A DNA stretch of 64,000 bases from Desulfovibrionaceae bacterium (GTDB taxonomy: Bacteria > Desulfobacterota > Desulfovibrionia > Desulfovibrionales > Desulfovibrionaceae). The stretch lies in contig CAXXNS010000001.1 of NCBI GenBank assembly GCA_963666895.2, forward strand, positions 76,421-140,420, read 5' to 3'. A model generated the notes under the pieces. It worked only from the letters and a program-made list of their open reading frames with translations, made no database searches and was not told the origin of the DNA. Position numbers and translations under genes: made by a program. Positions 1 to 8,517 of the stretch are shown here, in pieces; the stretch's first letter is position 1, and every line of letters starts with the position of its first letter.

Positions 1-1990
1 AGGACAGGGCCATCTCCTTGGGCACCACCTCGTGGTGGATGCCCCAATACATGTTGGTGCGCACCCACATGTACTGGCCGCTGTACTCCAGCCCGGCCGC
101 CTTCATGCCGTCCACGAACGCCTTCTGCCAGTCCAGGTTCTTCCAGTACGCGGTCGGATCCTCCTTGGACGTGGGGAACAGGTGCGGCGCCAGCAGGTAG
201 CGGTTCTTGGCGTCCGCGGGCTGGATACCGTCCATAATCTTGAAGGGATAGATCTTGGACGTCGGATCCTTGATGGAGCCCACCGGAGCGGTGATGTTGG
301 TGGCGACCATGGACTGCTTGTATTCCTTGCCCGGGTTCTCGCCGGGAGCGAATCCAACGGCCTCGGGATCGATGGGATCGCCCAGGAGCGACCGCTCCAT
401 ATAGCCGTCGTACCAGGCGTACACGGGCTTGTTGGACTCCTTCCACTCGAACTCGCCCTTCATCCAGTTGTAGTCGGGCATGCCGTACTTGTCCTTGGCC
501 GGCTCGCGCGACTTGTCACCGGCCGTGGACCAGTCCCACCAGGTCTTGGTGGCGTTGCACTTGGAGAAGACCGGGGAGTGGCAGGTGTTGCAGGCCACGG
601 TGTCGCAATGCTTGTTCAGGTGGTGGTCCAGCATGCTGTTGCCGTAGTGCGGCTGGTCCGTATGGCAATCCTCGCAGGAGCGCGATCCCTCGGCCACGGG
701 CAGCGAGGTGGAGCGTCCCTTGATCTTGTGGTTCACGGTCTCGTGGCAGTCGGTGCAGGCGAAGTTGTAGCCGCCCATGTGCACGTCGCAGTTGCGGTTG
801 GGGTAGCGGAGCACGGAGCTCATGTCCGCGTGCTTGACCGCGTCCCCGCCGCCGCCCGCGAAGTGGCAGTTGCCGCAGGTGTTCCGGCTGGTCTTGCCCA
901 CGCGCTCGGCCACGTACTTGAGATCCACCTCGGGCGCGGGCATGCCCGCCTTGGGCGGCGCCTTGACGTAGGAGTCCGTGGTGTCGTGGCAGACCAGGCA
1001 GTCCACCCGGCCGGTGTCCGAGAAGTCGAAGGTCTCGTCCTTCCACCCGTACCCGGCGTGGCAGGAGGTGCACCGGGGCCAGTTGGACGGCAGGGAGATG
1101 CAGAAGTTGTTGATGGTGTCAGTGGCCTTGCCGCTCATGACCTTCTTCTGGCGGTCCACGGTGTAGGGCGACGGGCCCTTCCACAGCCAGTGGGCGCTCT
1201 TGATCATGTCCTCGCCCGCCTTTTCGTGGCAGCGCAGGCACTCGGCCGTCACTTCCAGGGCGGTCGGGTTCTCGGGCAGCTTCACCAGGTCCTTGTGGTC
1301 GGGCACGTTCTTTTCGTGGCAGCCCACGCAGCTCACCGGGCCCTTGTTCATCTTCACGTGGCAGTCCATGCACTGCTGGTGGTAGGCCGCCTTGAGGCCC
1401 AGGCGCTCAGGATGCTCGGGATCGAAGGATTCCTGGTGGCAGGCGCGGCAGGCCACGGTCTCGGAAAGCCGGTCCCCTTCGCCCATGCCGCCCGCGTCCG
1501 CGCCCTTGGGGCTGACGTGGTGGCAAAGCGCGCAGTTGCCGTCCAGCCGGGCGGCGTGCTTGGCGTGCATGAAGCGCACCCGCCCGTACAGATCCTCAAA
1601 GGTGTTCACCAGGGGGCTCTCCAGAAGGATGCAGGAATACTTGATGTCCTGCACGCCCAGGCCCAGGTCCTTGAAGCGCAGCTGCCTGAGCTTGGGATCC
1701 TCCTGGCTGACCTCGGCCACGAACTCCTTGGGTTCCACGGCCCGCTTCTTGGCCTCCACGCAGTCCTTGGGCTGCCAGCCCTCCGGGGGCGGGTTGCGCG
1801 GATCGCGGACCTTTTCCACGGGCTTTTCCGCCTGGGACTTGTCTGTCGGGGCCGGGGTCTCGGCGGCCAGGCTCGACCCACCGGTCAAACCGGGGACCAG
1901 GCCGGGAATCAGGAAGGCGGCGGCCAGGATCACGGCCAAAGCCGCGACCGCCGGGATCCACGCCGCATGCTTGCGTCCGTCGGGTCTCAT
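1..1990 (-). CDS. Multihaem c-type cytochrome (partial; 3' end runs off the window start)
   Basis: Absent from the ORF track because no stop lies in the window. The reverse-strand reading from ATG 1990 (GGAGG 7 nt upstream; ATGA overlap with the stop of the NrfD-like gene) stays open to position 1. It gives a signal-like N-terminus (MRPDGRKHAAWIPAVAALAVILAAAFLIPG) and at least 11 CxxCH motifs: CALCH, CRACH, CMDCH, CVGCH, CLRCH, CTSCH, CLVCH, CGNCH, CTDCH, CEDCH, CNTCH. Confidence 0.8.
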   Translation of the reverse strand, partial: MRPDGRKHAAWIPAVAALAVILAAAFLIPGLVPGLTGGSSLAAETPAPTDKSQAEKPVEKVRDPRNPPPEGWQPKDCVEAKKRAVEPKEFVAEVSQEDPKLRQLRFKDLGLGVQDIKYSCILLESPLVNTFEDLYGRVRFMHAKHAARLDGNCALCHHVSPKGADAGGMGEGDRLSETVACRACHQESFDPEHPERLGLKAAYHQQCMDCHVKMNKGPVSCVGCHEKNVPDHKDLVKLPENPTALEVTAECLRCHEKAGEDMIKSAHWLWKGPSPYTVDRQKKVMSGKATDTINNFCISLPSNWPRCTSCHAGYGWKDETFDFSDTGRVDCLVCHDTTDSYVKAPPKAGMPAPEVDLKYVAERVGKTSRNTCGNCHFAGGGGDAVKHADMSSVLRYPNRNCDVHMGGYNFACTDCHETVNHKIKGRSTSLPVAEGSRSCEDCHTDQPHYGNSMLDHHLNKHCDTVACNTCHSPVFSKCNATKTWWDWSTAGDKSREPAKDKYGMPDYNWMKGEFEWKESNKPVYAWYDGYMERSLLGDPIDPEAVGFAPGENPGKEYKQSMVATNITAPVGSIKDPTSKIYPFKIMDGIQPADAKNRYLLAPHLFPTSKEDPTAYWKNLDWQKAFVDGMKAAGLEYSGQYMWVRTNMYWGIHHEVVPKEMALS

Positions 1991-3153
1991 TGCGCCACCT
2001 CCTCATTCTTGCGGGCCGAGAGCACCGGGGTCCAGGTGACGAACAACCGGTACAGGAACATGATGGTGGCCACCGCGCCCACGGTGACGAGTATCTCGCC
2101 GATGGCCGGATAGTACGGGGCCGTTGCCGTCTTGGGGCTGAAGCCCGTGACAAAGACGTTGAATCGGTTGAGCAGCACCCCGCCCACGATGAGCAGGGCG
2201 GCCACGAAGAGCCCGCGCCGGGAGCGCCGCACCCCGGGGAACAAAAGCAGCACCCAGGGCAGGACCACCCCCAGGCCGACCTCGGCCAGGAAGCTGTTGG
2301 CCTGGGCCGAGCCGTCAAAAGCCATGCCCAGCACGCCCCGGGACAGGAGATCGACGAGCTTGATGACCAGGTAGATGCCCAGGGTGACGATGGTGAACCG
2401 GGACAGGGGGGTGAGCACGCCCATCTCCCCGTCCAGGCGCAGGGAGCTGGTGGCCAGGTTGGTCTCCACGATGACCATGGGGTAGCCCACCGCAAAGGCC
2501 GATGTCAGGAACAACAGCGGCAGAAGCTGGGTGTACCACAGGGGGTGGAGCTTGGTGGGGGCGATGACCAGGAGCGTGCCCAGGCTGGACTGGTGCATGC
2601 ACGAGAGTACCACGCCCAGGATGATGAACACCCACATGAAGGCCGACAGCTTTTTGTTCAGCCAGCCCAGGATACGGATGCGGTTGCCGAACTTCTCGGC
2701 CACGATGGGGATCATCTCGATCCACAGCACGGTGAGGTAGGTCATGACGCACATGGCCACCTCGAACAGGGCCGAATTGTAGTTGTGGAAGAACATGGGC
2801 TTCCAGATGGCCCAGGAACGGCCGATGTCGATGGTCACGCCGATGGCCACGAAGGTGTAGCCCAGGGCGGCCGTGAGCAGGGCCGGACGGGTCACGGCCT
2901 CGTACTTGTGGCGGCCGAAAATGTGGGCCAGGGCGGCGGTGGTGAACCCGCCCGCGGCCAGGGCCACGCCCGAGGCCACGTCCACCCCGATCCACATCCC
3001 CCAGGGGGTGGCGTTGGTCAGGTTGGTGGCGTAGCCCAGCCCGCCTATGTAGCGGGAGAGGAGAGCCACGGCCCCGGCGATCATGAATACGAGCATGACC
3101 ACGACGCCCGGGGACCAGAACTTGCGGTCGATGGGTCTTGGCTGGTGCGACAT
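1987..3153 (-). CDS. NrfD/PsrC/HmcC-type integral membrane quinone-interacting subunit
   Basis: 388-aa ORF made almost entirely of hydrophobic helices, with the look of polysulfide-reductase NrfD-family proteins. It starts 3 nt after the stop of the upstream FeS gene. Confidence 0.85.
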   Translation of the reverse strand: MSHQPRPIDRKFWSPGVVVMLVFMIAGAVALLSRYIGGLGYATNLTNATPWGMWIGVDVASGVALAAGGFTTAALAHIFGRHKYEAVTRPALLTAALGYTFVAIGVTIDIGRSWAIWKPMFFHNYNSALFEVAMCVMTYLTVLWIEMIPIVAEKFGNRIRILGWLNKKLSAFMWVFIILGVVLSCMHQSSLGTLLVIAPTKLHPLWYTQLLPLLFLTSAFAVGYPMVIVETNLATSSLRLDGEMGVLTPLSRFTIVTLGIYLVIKLVDLLSRGVLGMAFDGSAQANSFLAEVGLGVVLPWVLLLFPGVRRSRRGLFVAALLIVGGVLLNRFNVFVTGFSPKTATAPYYPAIGEILVTVGAVATIMFLYRLFVTWTPVLSARKNEEVAQ

Positions 3154-3156
3154 GGC

Positions 3157-4065
3157 CTACTCCTTGTCCTGGTCGTTCTTCTTCCTGGTCAGGCCCATGG
3201 TCACGCCCAGCACGCCGAAGAGCAGGGCCGGGGACCACAGGTAGCTGAACATGGTGTGCTGGATGGACTCGGTGCGCTTGGGCAGGGGCTCGTTGGGCAC
3301 CTCCCAGAAGCCGAGCTTCTCAAACGGCTGGCCCGAGACATAAAGCCAGCAGGTGCCGCCGGCCTCGGTCTCGCCGTACACGTGGTCGATGTACCGGCCC
3401 GGGTCGTTCTCTATGCGCTGGTGGGCCAGCTCCAGCAGGGTGGAGCGCTTGCCGAAGGTGATGGCCTCGGTGGGACAGATGGAGGCGCAGCCCGGCTTCT
3501 TGCCCTCCTCCAGGCGGTCGAAACACAGGGTGCACTTGCGGACCTGGGGGGTGACGGGATCGTGGTAGTCGTAGGCCGGAATCTCGAAGGGACAGGCCAC
3601 CATGCAGTAGCGGCAGCCGATGCAGCGGGTCACGTCGTAGTGGACCGTGCCGTTCTCCTTCTTGGTCAGGGCACCGGTGATGCAGGCCGAGGCGCAGGCC
3701 GGGTCCTGGCAGTGCATGCACTGGACCTTGACGTAGGATGCGGCCAGGGCGCCCCGCTCGTTCAGGTCTCCCGGGTAGTAGCGGTTGACCACGGTGTAGG
3801 AATCGGCCGTGGGCCGCCGCTTCTCGTCCAGGACGCGCAAGTCCTCGAAGCCGATCTCGGGCTCGGGCAGGTTGTTGACCTGGTTGCAGGCCAGCTCGCA
3901 TTTGCGGCAGCCGATGCACCGGGTGATGTCCATGAGGCATCCGTAGGGATCGGGCGGCGCCTTGGATTCCCAGGCCTCGGCATCGTCCGGGGCCAACGCT
4001 CCGGAGGCCGCGGCCACGGAGCCCAGCCCCACGGAGGCGAGAAATTGCCGTCTGTTCATGCTCAT
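3157..4065 (-). CDS. Periplasmic 4Fe-4S ferredoxin-type subunit (NrfC/DmsB/HmcB-like) with Tat signal
   Basis: Twin-arginine leader [13 protein letters not shown]. Cys clusters [31 protein letters not shown] and CTLC. GGAGGG RBS 5 nt before ATG 4065, so the track start at 4104 is probably too long. Confidence 0.85.
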   Translation of the reverse strand: MSMNRRQFLASVGLGSVAAASGALAPDDAEAWESKAPPDPYGCLMDITRCIGCRKCELACNQVNNLPEPEIGFEDLRVLDEKRRPTADSYTVVNRYYPGDLNERGALAASYVKVQCMHCQDPACASACITGALTKKENGTVHYDVTRCIGCRYCMVACPFEIPAYDYHDPVTPQVRKCTLCFDRLEEGKKPGCASICPTEAITFGKRSTLLELAHQRIENDPGRYIDHVYGETEAGGTCWLYVSGQPFEKLGFWEVPNEPLPKRTESIQHTMFSYLWSPALLFGVLGVTMGLTRKKNDQDKE

Positions 4066-4159
4066 GACACCCTCCTTCTCCTTAGTATAAACCCGCCTGA
4101 TCATATTAGCTTCCCATTATCATTCGAGTCTGTTTTAATCCATGAAAACCGGCCGCACC

Positions 4160-4173
4160 TTGACGGCCGTCAA
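4160..4173. promoter_or_regulatory. Perfect palindrome TTGACGGCCGTCAA (Crp/Fnr-type half-sites TTGAC-N4-GTCAA)
   Basis: Read directly in the 123-bp divergent intergenic region between the FeS/NrfD/cytochrome operon and the Crp/Fnr gene, 16 nt upstream of ATG 4189. Confidence 0.5.
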
Positions 4174-4188
4174 GTTGCAGGAAGGAAA

Positions 4189-4863
4189 ATGAAAGATATT
4201 TTGGCCGCCCTGAGCGAACTGGGCCTGTTCCAGAACCTGAAGGAAGAGGACCGGGCCCTGCTGGCCCGCGACGCGGTCTGGCGCGACTACCATTCCGGAG
4301 AGATCATCTTTCACCAGGGGGACAACCCCTCGCGTTTCCACGTCCTGGTGGAGGGAGTGGTCAAACTCTACCGCAGCACTGCCGACGGCAAGGAGCAGAC
4401 CCTGTACCTGGTGGAGGAAGGCGAGCCCTTCTGCCTGTGCACCATCTACGGCGGCGGGGCCATGCCGGTCAGCGCCCTGGCCATGATCCCCTGCCGCATC
4501 GTCAGCTTCTCCGGGCCGGTCATGGAGCGCGAGGCCCAGCGCAGCCCGCAGCTGCTCCTGAACATCCTGCGCGTGCTCAACACCCGGCTCATGCGCTCCA
4601 TGCAGATGATCGAGGACCTAGCCCTGCGCGACATCCAGCAGCGCACCGCCTCCTTCCTGCTGCACACCCTGCACATGCACGGCCCCGACTCCACGGGCAT
4701 CACCCTGACCGTGCCCCGGCAGGAGGTGGCCAAGATCCTGGGCACCACCCCGGAGACCATCTCCCGCGTGCTGGCCCGCATGTCCCAGGAAGGGCTCATC
4801 CGGGCCCAGGGGAGGGACATCGACATCCTGGACGCGGACGCCCTGGAGGACATCGCGGGCTGA
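4189..4863 (+). CDS. Crp/Fnr family transcriptional regulator
   Basis: 224 aa, the in-frame tail of the spurious track ORF 1990..4863. cNMP-binding-type barrel (GEIIFHQGD, LYLVEEGEPF) plus a C-terminal HTH (VPRQEVAKILGTTPETISRVLARMSQEGLI). Confidence 0.9.
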   Translation: MKDILAALSELGLFQNLKEEDRALLARDAVWRDYHSGEIIFHQGDNPSRFHVLVEGVVKLYRSTADGKEQTLYLVEEGEPFCLCTIYGGGAMPVSALAMIPCRIVSFSGPVMEREAQRSPQLLLNILRVLNTRLMRSMQMIEDLALRDIQQRTASFLLHTLHMHGPDSTGITLTVPRQEVAKILGTTPETISRVLARMSQEGLIRAQGRDIDILDADALEDIAG

Positions 4864-4903
4864 CCAGGCCATCGCGCAAGACTTTTTTGGGGTTCGGTTA
4901 TTG

Positions 4904-4950
4904 TTGCGCGATATCTTGCGCAATTTTTTTAATTTCTATTTCAGACGGTT
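4904..4950 (+). promoter_or_regulatory. Regulatory module copy 1: two TTGCG repeats + 13-mer ATTTCAGACGGTT
   Basis: TTGCG at 4904 and 4916, 13-mer at 4938..4950. The same architecture recurs at 6891..6949. It is followed by TGGCA at 4961 but has no TTGC at the -12 position. Confidence 0.35.
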
Positions 4951-5059
4951 GGCCGATATTTGGCAGCATTCCTTATGGAATGGATGTTGCTCAATGAAAA
5001 AACAACGGATCACCTGTCCCTGACCCGGCCCGGACGAAAAAAAATCAATCGAGCGACCC

Positions 5060-6763
5060 ATGTTCAGCCAGAAAAAGTACCGTCAGGCGGACGCCGGTTA
5101 CAAGAGAGTGGCCCGCAAGATCTTCGCGGCCATGATCCTGTTGCCCCTGGTTCCCTTCCTGTCCCTGCTCGTGGCGGGCTTCCTCTCCACCTCCGCCACC
5201 CTGGAGGAAGACGCCCTATGGAAGCTCAACCGCGTGGCCGTGGACCACGCCCGCATGCTGGACGCCTTCCTGTCCGAGCGCATCCACGACCTGGAGGTCA
5301 TGGCCTCCCTGGAGGGCATCCCCCAGTTGGCCGCGCCCGGCCGCCTGGAGACCGCCTTCGCCGGCCTCAAGCAGGCCGAAGGCGTGTACGTGGACCTGGG
5401 CGTCATCGACCCCTCGGGCAGGCAGGTGGCCTACCAGGGCTCCTTCGACCTGCTGGGCAAGGAGTACGACCAGGAGGAGTGGTACCGCGACACCGTGGAC
5501 AACGGGCTGACCGTGTCCGACGTATTCCTGGGCTACCGGGGCATGCCCCACTTCATCGTGGCCGTGGCCGGTACGGGTGAGAGCCGGGGCTGGGTGCTGC
5601 GGGCCACCATCGACAACGACATCTTCAGCGAACTGGTGGAGTCCGTGGGCATCGGCAGGAGCGGCCAGGCCTTTCTCATGAACCGCTTGGGCAAGATGCA
5701 GACCGCCAACGGGGTCGCGGACCAGCTCATGATCCCGGCCCGCGACCACGCCCTGTTCCCCGAGCTCACCGACGGCGTGCAGCACTTCACCGTGGACAGC
5801 AACGGCGACCGCTTCGTTCACGTCCTGGTCCCGGTCAACAACGCCCGGTGGCGGCTGGTGGTGCGCCAGGAGCACTCCGAGGCCTTCGAGCCCCTGCGCC
5901 GGTTCGGCACCTGGGTGGCCCTCGTCATGGCCCTGGGCGGCGCGCTCATCGTGGCCGCGGGCTGGTTGCTCTCCTCCCGGCTGTACAAGCAGATGATGCT
6001 GGCGCTCCAGGAAAGCGAGACCCTCAAGGAGCAGCTCATCCGGGCCGCCCGGCTGGCCGAACTGGGCGAGATGGCCGCGGGCATCGCCCACGAGATCAAC
6101 AACCCGCTGCAGACCATGAACAGCGAGCTGACCCTCATGGGCATGGACCTGGACGACGCGGTCAAGGCCGACGCGCCTCTGACCGACGCCTCCTCCGCGG
6201 GCCTGCGCGAGTCCATCGAGCAGGTCAAGATACAGATCCAGCGCTGCGCCAAGATCACCGCCCAGATTCTCAAGTTCGGCCGCTACGGCGAGCCCGAGCG
6301 CCTCAAGGTGGACCTGGGCTCCATCGTACCCGAGGTGGTGGACATGGTGGTCAAGAAGGCCTCGGTGGAGGGCGTGGATCTGAACGTGGACGTGCCCCAG
6401 CACACGCCGCAGGTGTTCTGCGACCCGGGACAGCTCCACCAGGTGCTGCTCAACCTCCTCAACAACGCCCTGGACGCCGTGGTCCAGCGCTACCAGGACG
6501 AGAGCGGCGGCCGCATCGGCCTGGCCGTGTCCTCGGAGGACGCCACGGTGCGCATCGTGATCCAGGACAACGGCACGGGCGTCAGCGACGAGGTCAAGGA
6601 CAAGATATTCTCCCCCTTCTTCACAACCAAGCCCGTGGGCAAGGGCACCGGTCTGGGCCTGTCCATCTGCTTCGCCATCGTGGAATCCATGGGCGGAAGC
6701 ATCGACATGGAGAGCAAGGTGGGCCGGGGCACCCGGTTCACCGTGACCCTGCCCGCGGCATAG
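5060..6763 (+). CDS. Sensor histidine kinase (Cache-like periplasmic domain, HisKA, HATPase_c)
   Basis: 567 aa with two hydrophobic segments flanking a ~250-aa extracytoplasmic domain. H-box GIAHEINNPL; N/G boxes LLNLLNNALDA, QDNGTGV, GKGTGLGLSI. Confidence 0.9.
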   Translation: MFSQKKYRQADAGYKRVARKIFAAMILLPLVPFLSLLVAGFLSTSATLEEDALWKLNRVAVDHARMLDAFLSERIHDLEVMASLEGIPQLAAPGRLETAFAGLKQAEGVYVDLGVIDPSGRQVAYQGSFDLLGKEYDQEEWYRDTVDNGLTVSDVFLGYRGMPHFIVAVAGTGESRGWVLRATIDNDIFSELVESVGIGRSGQAFLMNRLGKMQTANGVADQLMIPARDHALFPELTDGVQHFTVDSNGDRFVHVLVPVNNARWRLVVRQEHSEAFEPLRRFGTWVALVMALGGALIVAAGWLLSSRLYKQMMLALQESETLKEQLIRAARLAELGEMAAGIAHEINNPLQTMNSELTLMGMDLDDAVKADAPLTDASSAGLRESIEQVKIQIQRCAKITAQILKFGRYGEPERLKVDLGSIVPEVVDMVVKKASVEGVDLNVDVPQHTPQVFCDPGQLHQVLLNLLNNALDAVVQRYQDESGGRIGLAVSSEDATVRIVIQDNGTGVSDEVKDKIFSPFFTTKPVGKGTGLGLSICFAIVESMGGSIDMESKVGRGTRFTVTLPAA

Positions 6764-6827
6764 GCCATATCCCCACCCTCCATCCGGGCCGCACGGCTTG
6801 ACCGGCCGACGCGTTCCGGGTCCTCGT

Positions 6828-6864
6828 AGAGGGCGGAGTCTCCCACCGACTCCGCCCTCTTTTC
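6828..6864 (+). terminator. Rho-independent terminator after the kinase gene
   Basis: Perfect 13-bp stem AGAGGGCGGAGTC / GACTCCGCCCTCT with a 7-nt loop, followed by TTTTC. Confidence 0.75.
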
Positions 6865-6890
6865 ATTCCTTTCCGTGCCGGGCCGCGACG

Positions 6891-6949
6891 TTGCGAAATC
6901 GTTGCGTGACACGAACTTGCGACTTTATCGCCCGCCATTTCAGACGGTT
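6891..6949 (+). promoter_or_regulatory. Regulatory module copy 2: three TTGCG repeats + 13-mer ATTTCAGACGGTT
   Basis: TTGCG at 6891, 6902 and 6917. An identical 13-mer at 6937..6949, immediately upstream of the sigma54-type promoter. Confidence 0.4.
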
Positions 6950-6955
6950 ACCTCG

Positions 6956-6971
6956 TGGCATAGGACTTGCT
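6956..6971 (+). promoter_or_regulatory. Sigma54 (-24/-12) promoter TGGCAT-AGGAC-TTGCT
   Basis: Matches TGGCAC-N5-TTGCW with canonical GG-to-GC spacing. Lies ~120 nt upstream of the receiver gene. Confidence 0.6.
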
Positions 6972-7091
6972 CACTCTACATAAAAAATATCGTGCAACTT
7001 TGTCGTGCGGCAAAGCTACGCGGACTGCCGAGGAGAAGTATTTTTTTGAAAACACAGGAACACGACCACTCATCCGTCCTTGCGAGCACAC

Positions 7092-7520
7092 ATGATGAGA
7101 ATGCTCCTCGTTGATAAAAATGAAGATCTTATTTCAACAACGCAGAATCTATTCTCTAAAATGGAGATAGAGGTTTTCCCAGCACGCAATGAAGACGAGG
7201 CGATACGATTAATAGATGAGCTTGAGCTTGATGTCGTCTTTATGGACATGGGCATGGCTGGGATAGACAGTATCGAACTTCTGAAAAAACTCCGCAAGAT
7301 AAATCCTGTAGTTGATATCGTAATGTTCATCGATCCAATCAATTCAAGCCTGGCTGCGGAAGCCATGTCATCGGGAGCCAGTGACTATCTCATCAAGCCG
7401 GCAAGCATGAAGGACATACTCCAGAAAGCGGAAGAATCCTGTAAAAGGATGCAAAAATACAGGTATCTTGTCGAATCAACAAAGGCCGACTCCCCATCTT
7501 CCAGCAACCTAAACAGCTAA
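7092..7520 (+). CDS. Single-domain response-regulator receiver, atypical
   Basis: Receiver fold recognisable (LLVDKNED, DVVFMDMGMAG, YLIKP). G+C is markedly lower than the flanks. The acidic pocket reads DK instead of DD. Start is ambiguous (ATG 7092/7095/7101; the track uses TTG 7080). Confidence 0.7.
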   Translation: MMRMLLVDKNEDLISTTQNLFSKMEIEVFPARNEDEAIRLIDELELDVVFMDMGMAGIDSIELLKKLRKINPVVDIVMFIDPINSSLAAEAMSSGASDYLIKPASMKDILQKAEESCKRMQKYRYLVESTKADSPSSSNLNS

Positions 7521-7578
7521 TGTTGAGTACCAAGCGGATTAATCCAGTCTTTTTGTAATGGAGAAAGGAGGTAATGCG

Positions 7579-8484
7579 ATGTCATTGAAAATCAAGGTGC
7601 TCATGGTCGATGACGAAGAGCAGTTCCGGACGACGACAAGCAAGATCTTGCAGCGCCGGGGCTTTGAAACCGTCATGGCCGCAAGTGGGCCGGAAGCCCT
7701 TGAAAAGCTCTCCGAGAAGCCGGATGTGGTCATTCTCGACGTCAAGATGGAGGGCATGGACGGGCACGAGGCCCTGAAAAAGATCAAGGAGCAGCAGCCG
7801 GACCTGCCGGTGATCATGCTCACCGGCCACGGCGCGCTGACCAGCGCCAAGGAGTCCTTGGGCGGCGGGGCGTTCGACTACCTGAACAAGCCCTGCGACG
7901 TGGACATCCTGGTTTCGCGCATCAACGACGCCTACCGGGTGGGGAAAAAGCTTCCCAAGTCGGAGAAGAACGCCCAGGACCTGATGATCCCGCTGTCGGA
8001 CTACCCGACCATCGACGACACGGCCACGGTGGCCGAGGCCATCAAGATCCTCAAGGATACCCGGGAAAGCATCACGTCCACGGACCGCCTCAGCGACATC
8101 GGCCGCCGCTCCCTGCTCGTCTACGACAAGCAGGGCGAACTGACGGGCATTCTCACTCCGCAGTCCCTGCTCTTCGCACTGCGGCCCGCCTACCTGTCGG
8201 CCTCCATGCCGACCACCGCGCCCCAGATGTACTCCATGGGCTACTCGGCCATGTTCTGGACCGGACTGTTCACGGCCCAGGCCAAGGACCTGGCCAAGAA
8301 AAACGTGGCCGACATCATGCAGGACGCCCCGCCCAGCGTGGATGCGGAGGCCAACCTCATGGAGGTCATCCAGACCATGCACACCTCGGGCAAGCGCCGC
8401 CTGGCCGTCAAGCAGGACGACAAGGTCATCGGACTCGTGCGCGAGCAGGAACTCTTCTACGAACTGACCCGGATCCTCGACTAG
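7579..8484 (+). CDS. Response-regulator receiver fused to a CBS-domain pair
   Basis: ATG 7579 sits behind GGAGAAAGGAGG. Receiver motifs VLMVDDEE, VVILDVKMEGMDG, VIMLTGHG, YLNKP. These are followed by two CBS-like repeats (MIPLSDYPTIDDTATVAEA.. and IMQDAPPSVDAEANLMEVIQTM..GLVREQELF). Confidence 0.85.
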   Translation: MSLKIKVLMVDDEEQFRTTTSKILQRRGFETVMAASGPEALEKLSEKPDVVILDVKMEGMDGHEALKKIKEQQPDLPVIMLTGHGALTSAKESLGGGAFDYLNKPCDVDILVSRINDAYRVGKKLPKSEKNAQDLMIPLSDYPTIDDTATVAEAIKILKDTRESITSTDRLSDIGRRSLLVYDKQGELTGILTPQSLLFALRPAYLSASMPTTAPQMYSMGYSAMFWTGLFTAQAKDLAKKNVADIMQDAPPSVDAEANLMEVIQTMHTSGKRRLAVKQDDKVIGLVREQELFYELTRILD

Positions 8485-8517
8485 CCGGTCGAAAGCACAA
8501 AAAAGCGAGGCGTACCA

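Noticed and set aside
32-4188. Very long plus-strand track ORFs (32..2113 and the first ~730 codons of 1990..4863), plus similar giants elsewhere (7582..10476 -, 13375..15777 +, 20163..21362 -, 24804..27716 -, 45522..48542 -, 52220..54055 +, 54550..57444 +, 58601..60364 -).
   Set aside because: They lie antisense to, or out of frame with, genes that have clear family signatures. Their translations are Arg/Gly/His/Pro/Ala/Val-rich low-information strings, typical of stop-poor alternative frames in high-GC DNA. None shows a recognisable motif or RBS.
4961-4976. Second sigma54 promoter candidate, TGGCAGCATTCCTTAT, upstream of the kinase gene.
   Set aside because: It has the -24 TGGCA element, but the -12 position reads CCTTA instead of TTGC (no GC dinucleotide at the canonical spacing). 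It is reported only as part of the duplicated module, not as a promoter.
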